A stretch of DNA of 64,000 bases, from NCBI RefSeq assembly GCF_902459465.1, contig NC_047079.1, positions 11,346,001 to 11,410,000 on the forward strand, in the 5' to 3' direction. This stretch comes from Asterias rubens (taxonomy: Eukaryota). The position numbers and the translations under genes were made by a program. Below, one piece after another: positions 50,034 through 61,500 of the stretch (positions are counted from its first letter, which is position 1; every line of letters starts with the position of its first letter). Under the pieces are notes generated by a model that worked only from the letters and a program-made list of their open reading frames with translations, ran no database searches and was not told the origin of the DNA.

Positions 50034-53000
50034 ATGGCGTCTTTGTGTTTTGGTAAAAGCTTTCAGCTTGCTTCTAGACAGGCTGCTCTTCTATCATTTC
50101 AGGTAAGTTTATGTAATTTCTTACATTTTTGTTTTGCCGGTCCAATAATATATAATAAGATTAAGAATAATCACGTAGGCCACCTTGGAAGGAAAACTGG
50201 TTTGAATAATAATGGAGTAATTGTTTGAAAACAAAGTTATTACCAATTAGTAATATCTTTATAAAAGGATAATTTTCCGCACGTCGCCACCAATTTATCC
50301 GCCCTTAATTAACTCCAAAACCACTTTGGAGAGAAGAAGGGTTATCGCATATATGATTGATACTATTAAAACTATAATATATATACATCCAGAAAAAAAG
50401 ACAGTTTGTAAACATGTTTTTATTTGCGAACATGACAATTTGACATGCATGAATTTTTAGTTGTAAAATGATGAAGTACCTGACAGTAATAATGTTTTGT
50501 TTTTGGTGGTGTGCCCTATTTTATGAATAACAGTCGGTCCTACTACTTGCCGTCAACTCATTTTCGCGCCGTCAACTCATTAAATTTACATGAAAAATCT
50601 ATAATATAAAAAGGGGGCACGGAAGTGTTAAGTCTGGGCTAAACTACATATTTCTCATGGTTTTCGGTACAAATTCATTCACAAAATGACTTTGTGTTGA
50701 TAAAAAAAAAGTACCAATCATTGACATTTTGGGCCAAGACTAATCATTGTGAAAAAGCAAGATGGCGGTCGACAGTTTTTCGGCTTCCAGAATTTTTTTT
50801 CACGAGAAAAAAACTCATTTTTTTCCCAGAAATATGACCTAAAACTTACGCGAATGCTCTTTGAGCTGATACTTTACAGTTCTATGCTTCTTTTGTGGAT
50901 TTTTAATGTATATTGGAGGAGTTGACGGCGAGTTGACGGCGCAAGTGAGTTGACGGCGAGTTGACGGCAAGTAGTAGGACCCATAACAGTTAACAAAATA
51001 ACACTCTTCTTCTGGATGCTGGCACAGGCTAGGTACTATACTAACTATAACTTAATAAAGAAACTTATTTAAAAAGCTGGGGATCGTATTTATTCCCTGT
51101 TTTATGTGTACTTGATTTGCCCACAATACACTTATAATACAATTTAGACCCAGTAACTGGGCTGGGATGGGGCGCTGTACTCTTCTCGGTCGTAGTGCCC
51201 GTTACTGGGTCTATATCTAGAATACAATTAATTTCATTGATTTCATCTTTTTTTAGGCAACACGCTCAGCTCAAGTTGCAGCAGCCACCAAAGCAGAAGA
51301 ACGGCTAAAGAAATTCAGTATTTACAGATGGGTAAGTTAGTATTTACAGCTGAGAGATGGGTACCACTACTCCTAGAACTATGAGGTTCCTTCCGCTATC
51401 GTCTCCCTGAACTCATAGTTCTAGGAGTACCGCATTTTCAAGTCCCTAAAAACAGTCACTTTGCATGTTCAAATGCTCATGTGGCAGGAGATTCTGTGGA
51501 TTTGATTCTGTCACACCCTTCTCCCTCGGAGGTCGGTAACTATTTACATCAAAAAAGAAGCAACACATTTTAGCGCAAAGTTCACTCCCTAAAAAAGTAG
51601 TGGCCTATAACTGTATTTAGAGGAGTATTTTTATTGCAAGACAAATTTAAATTAATAAAAATATTGGTTTCTTTTCCCCAGGACCCCGATAAGGCTGGCG
51701 ACAAGCCAAGAATGCAAACATATGAAGTAGATCTTAACACGTGAGTATAATTTCTTAAGACAAATACAGTTTGTTGTTTATGTTACCTAATTATATTGCC
51801 AGTTAATTGGTTTTTCTTAGTTTTAAAGTTCACCTTATTTTAGCTTTTATCTGATATCATTAAGATGGTCCAAAAACTATAGTTGGGACAGGATATTTGA
51901 GATCCTCCAATCTTCAGTCAGGATTGTTCTAACTGTAGTTGGGATCTTCTCAACAGTTGGGATTGACCCAGCTATGGTTGAGATCAGGCAAACTACAGTT
52001 TAGATGGAGCCAACTTATTAAGTTGGTATTGGCCCAATTATAGATGGTCCACCTAACAGTAGTTTGGGGGAATATTGCAAAGTAATCATGTTTGTTTTGA
52101 CTTGTCACTCTTTCTTTAGGTGTGGCCCCATGATATTAGATGCACTGATCAAGATCAAGAACGAGATTGACCCCACATTGACCTTTCGGAGGTCGTGTCG
52201 GGAGGGCATCTGTGGGTCGTGCTCCATGAATATCAACGGAACCAACACACTGGCTTGTATATGGTAAGTCGAAATCTGGACGTATATTCTCAAATCTGGT
52301 TCTTTCCAGGGCCCAATGTCATAGACCTGCTAAGCACAAAAATATGCTTAGCATGAAATTTCTTCCTTGATAAAAATAGGTTTACCAACCAAATATCTAT
52401 TTGTTTCATATTGCTTGTTACTGGTATTCGTTGTTTGCTTGAAATTCCAGCATCGCTGTCAACTTGTAGACATTGTGAATGCTTATTCTCGATAATTATA
52501 AAATGTGAAGAAAAAAAAATGTTTTATTGTTATGATTTCAGTCGAGTGGATTCCAATCTGAAGAAGGCCATCAAGATCTACCCACTTCCCCACATGTACA
52601 TCATTAAGGATCTGGTCCCGGTAAGTCCAAGTTCATTAACACCTAACAACAATAAAAAATGCAATTATTCTTTATCCCGATGCAAAAATCCATCTATTAA
52701 ATCGTTGCAGTACCCACTGCTAACATGTAGGTTTCAAACTGCCTCTAGCTACCGGGCAATCTCGGTGGTCAAGTTGGTAAGACACTCCTCTGCAAATGCG
52801 AAGGTCCTGGGTTCGAATCCCACCAGAGTAATATGCCTATGGTTTCCTTTACAAAACTCAGAAAGCCTGACACTTCACTTGCCATTGCCTTGGTGCCCTT
52901 GAAATGCTCCAGTAGAAATTAAAAATTTCCTCAAACGGTGCCCTTTGTCAAAGAGAAAATGCATTGGTGCCCTTGCCCTTTCAAAAACGAAGCATACAGG

Positions 53001-54690
53001 CCTGACATACCATTGCTTTATACTCTAGACTCTTCTGACTTAAAACTGTTTTGTTTTTTGGTGACAGGACATGAGTAACTTCTATGCTCAATACACATCA
53101 GTGGAGCCGTATTTGAAACGCAAGGAGAAAGTGGAGTATGGCAAAGAGCAGTATATACAATCCATCGAGGACAGAGCTAAACTGGTGAGCAGGAACGCTC
53201 CAAACTTTTTATTTAACTGTATATAGAAGACGGGGGACCAACCAGAAACCATTCAAGTGAGCCAGCTGTGTTAGATGCAACAACTGTGTGCCCAATTAAC
53301 TGTGTAGATACATTCACCACAAGATAATCACACTGCAGGCTGGCATAGTTTACAGAAAATGGTCAGACAGTAGGAGGGTTGACTGTTTATTGATAGATGC
53401 AGTCACTACATGAAATCATATTGCTGGTTGGCAGCGTTTATCGCTCATTTAAAGCCACATGTTGGTGGTCAGACAGTAAGAGGGTTGACTGTGTACTGTA
53501 GTAGATGGCATTCACTGCATGATATCATATTGCAAGCTGGCATAGTTTATCATCCAAAACCACAGTGGTGATATTGAATGGTCAGACAGTAGGAGGGTTG
53601 ACTGTGTATTGATAGATACATTCACAACATAAAATCGCATTGCTGGTTGGCATAGTTTATCATCCAAAACCACAGTGGGTGATATTTAATCAGTAGGAGG
53701 GTTGACTGTTTACTGTGTTGGTGCCTTCTCCACAAGATGATATTTAGTGGTCAAATAGTAAGAGGGTTGATTGTGTACTTAAGTAGATGCATACACTGCA
53801 TGATATCATATTGCAAGCTGGCATAGTTTTTCATCCCAAACCACAGCTGGTGATATTGATTGGTCAAACAGTAGGAGGGTTAAGTGTAGTGTTAATGCAT
53901 TCTGGTCAGAGTTTTTTGTAGTTTTGTTTCTTCTCATCTTTCACCAGGACGGACTCTACGAGTGTATCCTCTGTGCTTGCTGTAGTACCTCCTGCCCAAG
54001 CTACTGGTGGCATTCTGATAAGTACCTCGGCCCAGCTGTCCTCATGCAAGCTTATCGCTGGATGATTGACAGCCGAGATCACTACCAGACAGAGCGTCTC
54101 GCTAGGATGCAAGATTCGTACTCCGTCTATAAATGCCACACCATCATGAACTGCACTAAAACGTGCCCAAAGGTAAAGCCCGGTTTATATATTAATAATA
54201 ATAAGCATTTATATAGCGCCATCTATCTAGAACACTATTCCGATGGCGCTGGAGAGGAAAAGAAAAAATCAAATAAGTTGATACAAAGGAATAAAGAGAA
54301 CGCGAATACGAAGCGAATTTTCGCACCACAGGGCTGTTTTCGCAGTGAATGTTTGTTTCCATTCACTGACAAAACAACCCTATTCCAAACAAAACAAAAT
54401 GAGTCGGGCCAAAATACTGCTTAGCAAATTTCTATGCTAAGCAAAAATTGGAATGGGCAACAGTCACAACAATGAGTCAATGAGTTAAAGTAACAGACTT
54501 CAGTTTTGTAAGTGATTCTAATCATTCCAAATACCTAGTCAGCAGATTGAAAACGTAAATTTGCGGGGCCTTGAGATTCAACTTTCTTTCTATTTGATTT
54601 CAGGGATTGAATCCAGGCAAGGCAATCGCCGAGATCAAGAAGATGTTGTCTACATTTAAGAAGAAGGACTTACAGCCTGCTAGCGCTTAG
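50034..54690 (+). CDS. SDHB: Succinate dehydrogenase iron-sulfur subunit, 8 exons: 50034-50102, 51257-51331, 51682-51740, 52120-52263, 52542-52620, 53068-53184, 53948-54172, 54604-54690; about 284 aa
   Basis: In-phase junctions total 855 nt. Fe-S motifs [31 protein letters not shown] and [18 protein letters not shown], plus an N-terminal mitochondrial presequence. Confidence 0.97.
50535..50982. mobile_element. MITE with GGTCCTACTACTTGCCGTCAACTC TIRs, subterminal CCGTCAACTC repeats and 8-bp TSD (Merlin-like)
   Basis: TSD ATAACAGT at 50527-50534 and 50983-50990. Confidence 0.8.
53300..53905. repeat. Minisatellite of about 110 bp, 5-6 copies, in SDHB intron 6
   Basis: GGTCA(G/A)ACAGTA(G/A)GAGGGTTGA anchors at about 53361, 53467, 53580, 53685, 53749 and 53862. 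Confidence 0.85.
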
Positions 54691-55141
54691 AGACGTCGCT
54701 CCGTTCGCTCCCAGACCCGACTTCAACCCGCCTCATAAGCCATTTTGAAATTATGTCGGACACCGTACTGCAGCACTATTAGGTTTGGGTAAATTTGTCT
54801 GTAGACACCCAAACTAAAATGATGTCTTTTGTAGCGCCGGAATTCACAAAAGTGCTCGTGGCTCTTGCTTCAATCAAGAAGTTCCCTCTCGGTTGTCCTC
54901 CAGCAGTGCAAAAGCTTTTATAATTTCCACCATATCTCGAAAAGGCTTATAATAGACTCTGCCCCCCCTGTCATACAGTAATACAGGATCCTCGACAATC
55001 GCAGGGTCTATTCCCTTGGTTATCATAGACCCTTTACAAATCCCTGGCTTTGGCTTTAGATTCGGCTTATGTTGGCATAGTCTCTAATGTATGTATTATA
55101 AAACACCTCTTTAAGTTACTTTTTGGAGTTGAACAAAGAAT

Positions 55142-55214
55142 TGACTAGAGTGGGATTCGAACCAACGACCTCCGGATTAACGTGCCGGCGCTCTACCAAC
55201 TGAGCTATCTAGCC
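55142..55214 (-). mobile_element. tRNA-Asn(GTT)-like SINE head or tRNA pseudogene
   Basis: Near-complete cloverleaf, but C at position 33, a mismatch in the anticodon stem and a mismatch in the T stem. It continues into a non-tRNA body. Confidence 0.65.
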
Positions 55215-57859
55215 CTATATTTGCGGTGTCCCTATTAATTTTGTCAATATCTTTGTTGGTGGGGTGCCATAATTTGTTCTATAAATTACTTACAGATACA
55301 TAACCAAGAAATGTTTAGCAGAAGAGAATGTTACATTATTACGTACACTCTGCTAGTAACAAACATTAAAACATGTAGATACAGAAAAATAGAATTCCTT
55401 AATAAATGCAAGAAGAAGTGTTTAAAAGCAGTACGAGTTGGTTGTTTTGATGAGAATTGAGTTTAACCAATTTAAGCTTGTAGCTGTGAATAAAATAGGA
55501 AATACATTGTTATTGCATATCTTCAGTGTGCTTTAATGGACCACAATGGATTTTTGAATAGGGAAATGTTTATCAGGGCCAATTATTAAAGCCTGTAAGC
55601 AAATAAATGTACTGTAAACAGCTTCATTAAAATGGGCCCAGGCCTTAAAACAGGTAAAAGGTGTGTATAACATAAGTAGGATTGGAAAAATGAGTGCTCA
55701 CGGATTTGCACTTAACTTACATTGTGTACATGTTATAAAGATTGTCGTCGTCGTTATGGAAAACTTTCCTTGAAATGGTTTTGCCGACAAACTTCAGTTT
55801 TTGAAAAATTAGTTTTAATTTCGCGGGTCTGAGACCCAATGTGTGAAACCCAATGGTTTAAAACAGCGATGGATTTTTTTCACTAATTTCTTGTGACTCT
55901 GATGACCAATTGAGCTTGAACTTTCAGAGGTTTGTTATTTTATGAACATGTTCGGTCTCTCACAAAAATGCAGATACTTGGTCTTTGACAATATTTTCAC
56001 CAATGTTACCCACATGCTTTCGATTTGGTAGGTAATTTAGTTGACAGCTGGACAGAGTCAAATATTCCAGTTAAATTTAATAATTCTATACTCTGTTTTT
56101 GGAAAGAATTCACACTGTTTTTGGAAAGAATTCACACATCCTATGTGTGCAGATTACAGTACGATAGACTACATTATCTCAGTCGACTTGGTTTTCAAAA
56201 AAATGTTCAACGTTTTATTGTGTAAACTTTAGGTTGGTTCAAATTATTTTGCAATATTTGAAAGGAATGCTGTGTACATGATGTATACAGTATTACGGAT
56301 AATAAAACAGACAATTGAAACATCAACTGTTTTTTAACTGGTCACATTTATTACAGGATTTCGGGAAATATATTTGTTGGCTTTTATTTTACATTATTGC
56401 ATTTACAACACGGCAACATGCTATGGATATTAAGTAACGCTATGCTGTCATTAAAATTACAAGCTTTCTTGAAAATTTATTTCACAAACTGCTGCTTTAA
56501 ACTAAAGTATCTCTTGTGTTATGATAATTATATTAAGTTGAAATATCCACAAGTTGATCTTTAAATAATATATAAAAAAAATTGGGGGGGGGGGGGGGAG
56601 AAACAAGTTTTTATATAGTCATGTATGATGTATTGGTTGACATCATAGAGCTATACAGCTCTATGGTTGACATGAGTACTTGAGCAGACTGTTGTTTTAT
56701 TTTACTGCTAAATGTATAAGTACGCCTTCTTTTCAGACTGCTGTTTCATGTATTGGCTATGCATACATTGCTGAAAGGCTTATTCTTCAATGTTGTCCCT
56801 ACAGCCAACGACCATTGCCGTAGCTGAAATTGTTTCCTTTGGACACAGCCAGAGATTAAATCGGATCAAGTTATTATTTGGTGAGGGTTGATAATTTCAA
56901 ATTTCCAAACTTGACGATATGGGCCTAATTTCATGGCTCTACTGACCATAGGCAAAGAACTGCCGCTTACGGCAGCGGGAAATTCCGTGGATTATGTCAA
57001 GCGTATTTCACAGGTTAGCAGGGAATGTTTGCTTGTGCGTGTGTGTACTCCACATTACTAGGCATTCTTCGCTTACGCAGCTAGCACATATTTGACGCTT
57101 GCACAGTGATCGCAAGTGCAGAATTTCGGCAGAACTGAAGCCTTATCTGAGAAAAAGTGCAGTGCGTCGCCCCATTTCCTAAACACAGTATATTAAAGAC
57201 TCTGGACACCTTTGGTAATGGTCAAAAGCCAGTCTTCTCACGTGGTGTATCTCAACATATGCACAAAATAACAAACCTATGAAAATTTGAGCTCAAGCGG
57301 ACATCGAAGTTGCGAGATAATAATGAAAGAAAAAACACTCTTGTCACGCGAAGTTGTGTGCGTTTAGATGGTTGATTTTGAGACCTCAAGTTCTAATTCT
57401 GAGATCTCAAAATCAAATTCAAGTGATAATTAAAGCTGCACATTCCAAAATTGTGTTTAATCAAAAAACTGCTTTTATTTTGCTAAATTTTTTTTAAAAA
57501 ACTAAACTAGCACCATAACGCGACATTAAATTTGTTCCAAATTGGAACAAATCATATAAAAAGAACAAACTCACATATAGAATTAATAAAGCAATTTGCA
57601 TTTTAAAATTGTCTTGCATTCATTTCACTGGCACATCTTTCTATACATTTGTACACACAAATTTACAAGAAAATATTGAGGCTTATTAATATTTACATTT
57701 AGGTTCCCTAAAATAATTTTTTTTTTTATTTGACAAATGAGACCCAATAATGGCTAGAGAAAGCGTGTCAAGTGACTGAAAACGTTAATATCAATAAGTT
57801 TCTCAGCTTTGTTTGCAACTTGACCAACATTTTGAACGGGAGTCTGCCATTCTCATGTA

Positions 57860-58590
57860 AAGTCTCTATCTATATTTCAGGAGTCACTCGCTGTTTCATG
57901 TTTTGACCCATTTCACCTGACGTCATCATCAGAAAAATCATGAGTGCGCCATACTGGTGGGCAATTTCACTGTGCGTTTTTATATATAACTCTATGCTGT
58001 GCGTTATGCAGTGAAGTGCACATTTTAGGCGACGCAGCGCTAAACTTGCCCACTAACATGGTGAGCGTGGCATCAGTCGCCGCGTGTGACGCGCGTGCAA
58101 GGGGTCAAATGGTTGACATGGTTGAAATGAGTACTTGGGCAGACTGCTGTTTCATACCTAGCTCCTAGGTTTAAGAACTTTTAAGGGCATACTGCTGTTT
58201 CATGTATGTCTGTCTCTATCTACATTTCAGGAGGCATCGCTGTTTGATGTATTGGTTGACATGAGTACTTGAGCAGACTGCTGTTTCATTTACAGCTCCA
58301 AGGTTTAAGGACTTTTCTGGAATTTTCCAAACTTACCGCTGTTTCATGTATGTCTCTACTTACATTTCAGGGAGTCACTCGCTGTTTCATGTGTCAGTTC
58401 ACATGAATACATGAGCAGACTGCTGTTTCATTTACAGTTCCTATGTTTACATACCGCTGTTTAATGTATGTCTCTACCTATATTTAAGGGAGTCACTCAC
58501 TGTTTCATGTATGGTTGACATGAGCACTTGCGCATACTGCTGTTTTATTTTACTGCTCATTCTTTTTGAGCCAGACTGCTGTTTCATGTA
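57860..58590. repeat. Higher-order repeat with GCTGTTTCAT cores in the VPS13D 3' UTR, interrupted by a MITE at 57902-58109
   Basis: More than a dozen cores in three alternating subunit types. Detached units occur at 56660-56770. The MITE has TTTGACCC/GGGTCAAA ends. Confidence 0.85.
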
Positions 58591-61500
58591 TCATCTTCAG
58601 CCACAAGTTCCAACCTTAGGATGCTATCTGAGGTATCCATCATAACTTGTTGTTTTAATTCCTCATAGCATCCCTTGGCGTAGTTGATCTGTTGAGAAAC
58701 CTGTACAAAAAACACAAAGACAAATCTTCTTAGATTTCTATCCTATTTTAATTTTTTATTCCACAGATATGCTTTTTGTAACTTAACCCATCAGGCCCAA
58801 CTGTGTGTTTACTTGGCCATAAGAAATTTTAGTAGCACATATTTGAAACATTAATTGTCATAAATATATCTTTCTGATGTAATTACACAACGCTCAAAAT
58901 AAATTTACATACTTAATAAATTTATTATTCACATCTCAAAAGGAAGAAATGTTGAACAGACTTTAGCAGCCCACAGGGCAAGTTGGAAAGCTGTATTTAC
59001 TGGCACAAAGCAGTTTTTACTAGACAGTCTACGCCGAGCTAAAATGGTCAACATTGACAGCTCCCATTTCCTACCTTTTTGGCGATTCTCTCATTATCAC
59101 AGCCAACTTTTGGTCTTTCTTTTGAGTCGTAGCGCGATGCAGAAACCCCTGCTTCTGTGTTAGCCATCTTAGTCAGCTCGGTGTAATGTTTCCCACCTAA
59201 AATATATCAAATATAAATTATCATAAAAACAAATTGTAAAGCACCAAATCTGCCTGAAAATGCAATTCAAAAGCAAGGCCCAGAGAAAACCCTTGAAGAA
59301 AAGCCGATCACATTTCAAGGTCACCTAGTTTTGGCATGGTTGGCTTGAGCGTAAAGCGCTCGCCTCTCACCAAGGTGACCTTGGTTCGATACACGGCCGG
59401 GGCCATATGTGAGTTGAGTTGTGCGTTGGTTCTCTGCTGTGCCACAAGGGTTTTCCAGACCATCCGGTTTTTCCTTCCTTGGAAAAAATCAAACACTTTT
59501 GATCTTTGGCTGTGCTCCGTGGTCATAATGGGTTGATGTGGCTGGCAGCCAAAGGGGCCCTTGCATGCCTGCTTCTTGAACCCGTTGTAGCCGCGTCCTA
59601 CGCAATTCAGCTCTTAGCTGCGAGTAAGGATGATTAGCCCCCCAAATTACTATGAATTATTTTCTTGTGGATTGTAAAACAATGTTCGAATCATGTGCTA
59701 CCAAAGTGGTCCTGTAGCATGCACTGCAGTTGGTTGCCTCCAAGTTGCCTGTAAAAACTGCCTCGTGTGACAAGGCCCCTAAAACTATAATGGTTTTCCC
59801 TAGACCTAATCAAGACTCACCATGCTGTATGTGTCTTGCGTGGAAAAGCTCAGAATGATTCACTTGCAGGACGGGGGAGAGTGGGTTATTCACAGGTAAG
59901 AAGTACGTACATTCACTTGTAATCAAGGCCTCCATGCCCTCAGTCGGACTAGAACGGAGGGTCTCCATCGAGAAAAATCTAGGGCAAACAAAGTTGAAAA
60001 ATGGGATTTGAAGCACTGTACGGCGAGGCATCAAAGTATATTTGACTTGCGGTAACACCAAGTGTATATCAACATGCTGGGAAGATTAAGCTGACAATAC
60101 TTACATGTATAATAACAAAGGAAAAGTGTTTTTGTAAGTTGTTATGTGACATGTGCACATATCTGGTTACGGCCAACATTAGAAAACTGAAAAAAGGGAT
60201 ATGTAGCCGAGTGAGAGCAGTTTGTCCATTTCTTGAAAGTATGAATAGTCTGAGCATCATTGATGTGATTTGAAAAAAAATAAAATTGTTTTAGTTTTTT
60301 ACCTTTATTGCACAAACATAACAATACATCGTGGTAAAAAAAGAGAAACGCTGAAGAGGCATGCAGGCCCACTAAATGAGGACTTGGAAAAGTGTTCAAT
60401 TCTTTTGGCCCTATTTGTGTGGTTCGTAATAGGGAATGTGAGCATCTCCCAGAAACTTGAACAGGAAATCAAAGACAAACATGTTTTATTCCTAGCGAGA
60501 CTCTGTCTAACTGGTTACCTTTCTTTGTTATTTGACGCCTCAGACAGCTTGGGTATATACTCCTGCCCTCTAGCATTGTACGGTGAGTACCGGGGAAGCA
60601 TACCAGCTGGATTGATACAGCAACGAGTCAGACGGACTCTCTGTGGTACCAGGTGACTCTCACTGACCGTAGAGCTACGGATAGCGGCCATGGTGCCTGA
60701 CGCTAGGTCCATTACACCCACGACTGGTTTGGCTACCGTGCCTATAACTCCTTTACCAAACCCCTTCACAAGCCCCTACAATATCAACAACAAAAATCAA
60801 CTAAAATGTTCTGAATGTAACTGTATTGTGTACAATCCTTTAATTAACTTCATGATTAAAAAAAAATAACAATACCTATTAAAAGTCAGATAAGCTGAGT
60901 CTTCTTTGCAGAAAATTCTGTTATTATTATCATTTTAGGATGTGTAAGTTCTATAAATTGTTTGTATATTTGTGCACAGAATCAAACAGGATTTGCTTCT
61001 TTTTTTTTATATAAGGAGCAAAAGTGAACAATAGCCCAACAGACATTGACATGGTCAATGAACGGAATGAAATTTGCATCAGACTGAAGGATCTTAAAAG
61101 AAGAACTCTGATGGGCATATCAAATGGTTCAAGAATCTCTATGTAGAACAATGAGCAAACCAACATTTTTCCTCAAACACTTTTATGGGGGGGAGGGGTA
61201 TTGAAATGGTTTGTACGCTTGTGAAAATAATGATAACTGTGACGTATCATGTATGTGATCAACATTGGAACATAATCATATGAAATGGCGCAATATGAAT
61301 GAACTCCTAAAAACAAATTTTGACAGAAGCTTTCATCAGTCACCCCTATTACCTACCTCTACTCCGTCTTCACTTATTCCCTGGTACGTCTGAGTGAAGA
61401 TGCTCGTCAGACCTCCGACCACTCCGAACGTCAACCCTTTGAGACCAGCCTTAAGGTGACTGCTACTACTACCATCGTGAGACTCTCGGATACTACTTCT

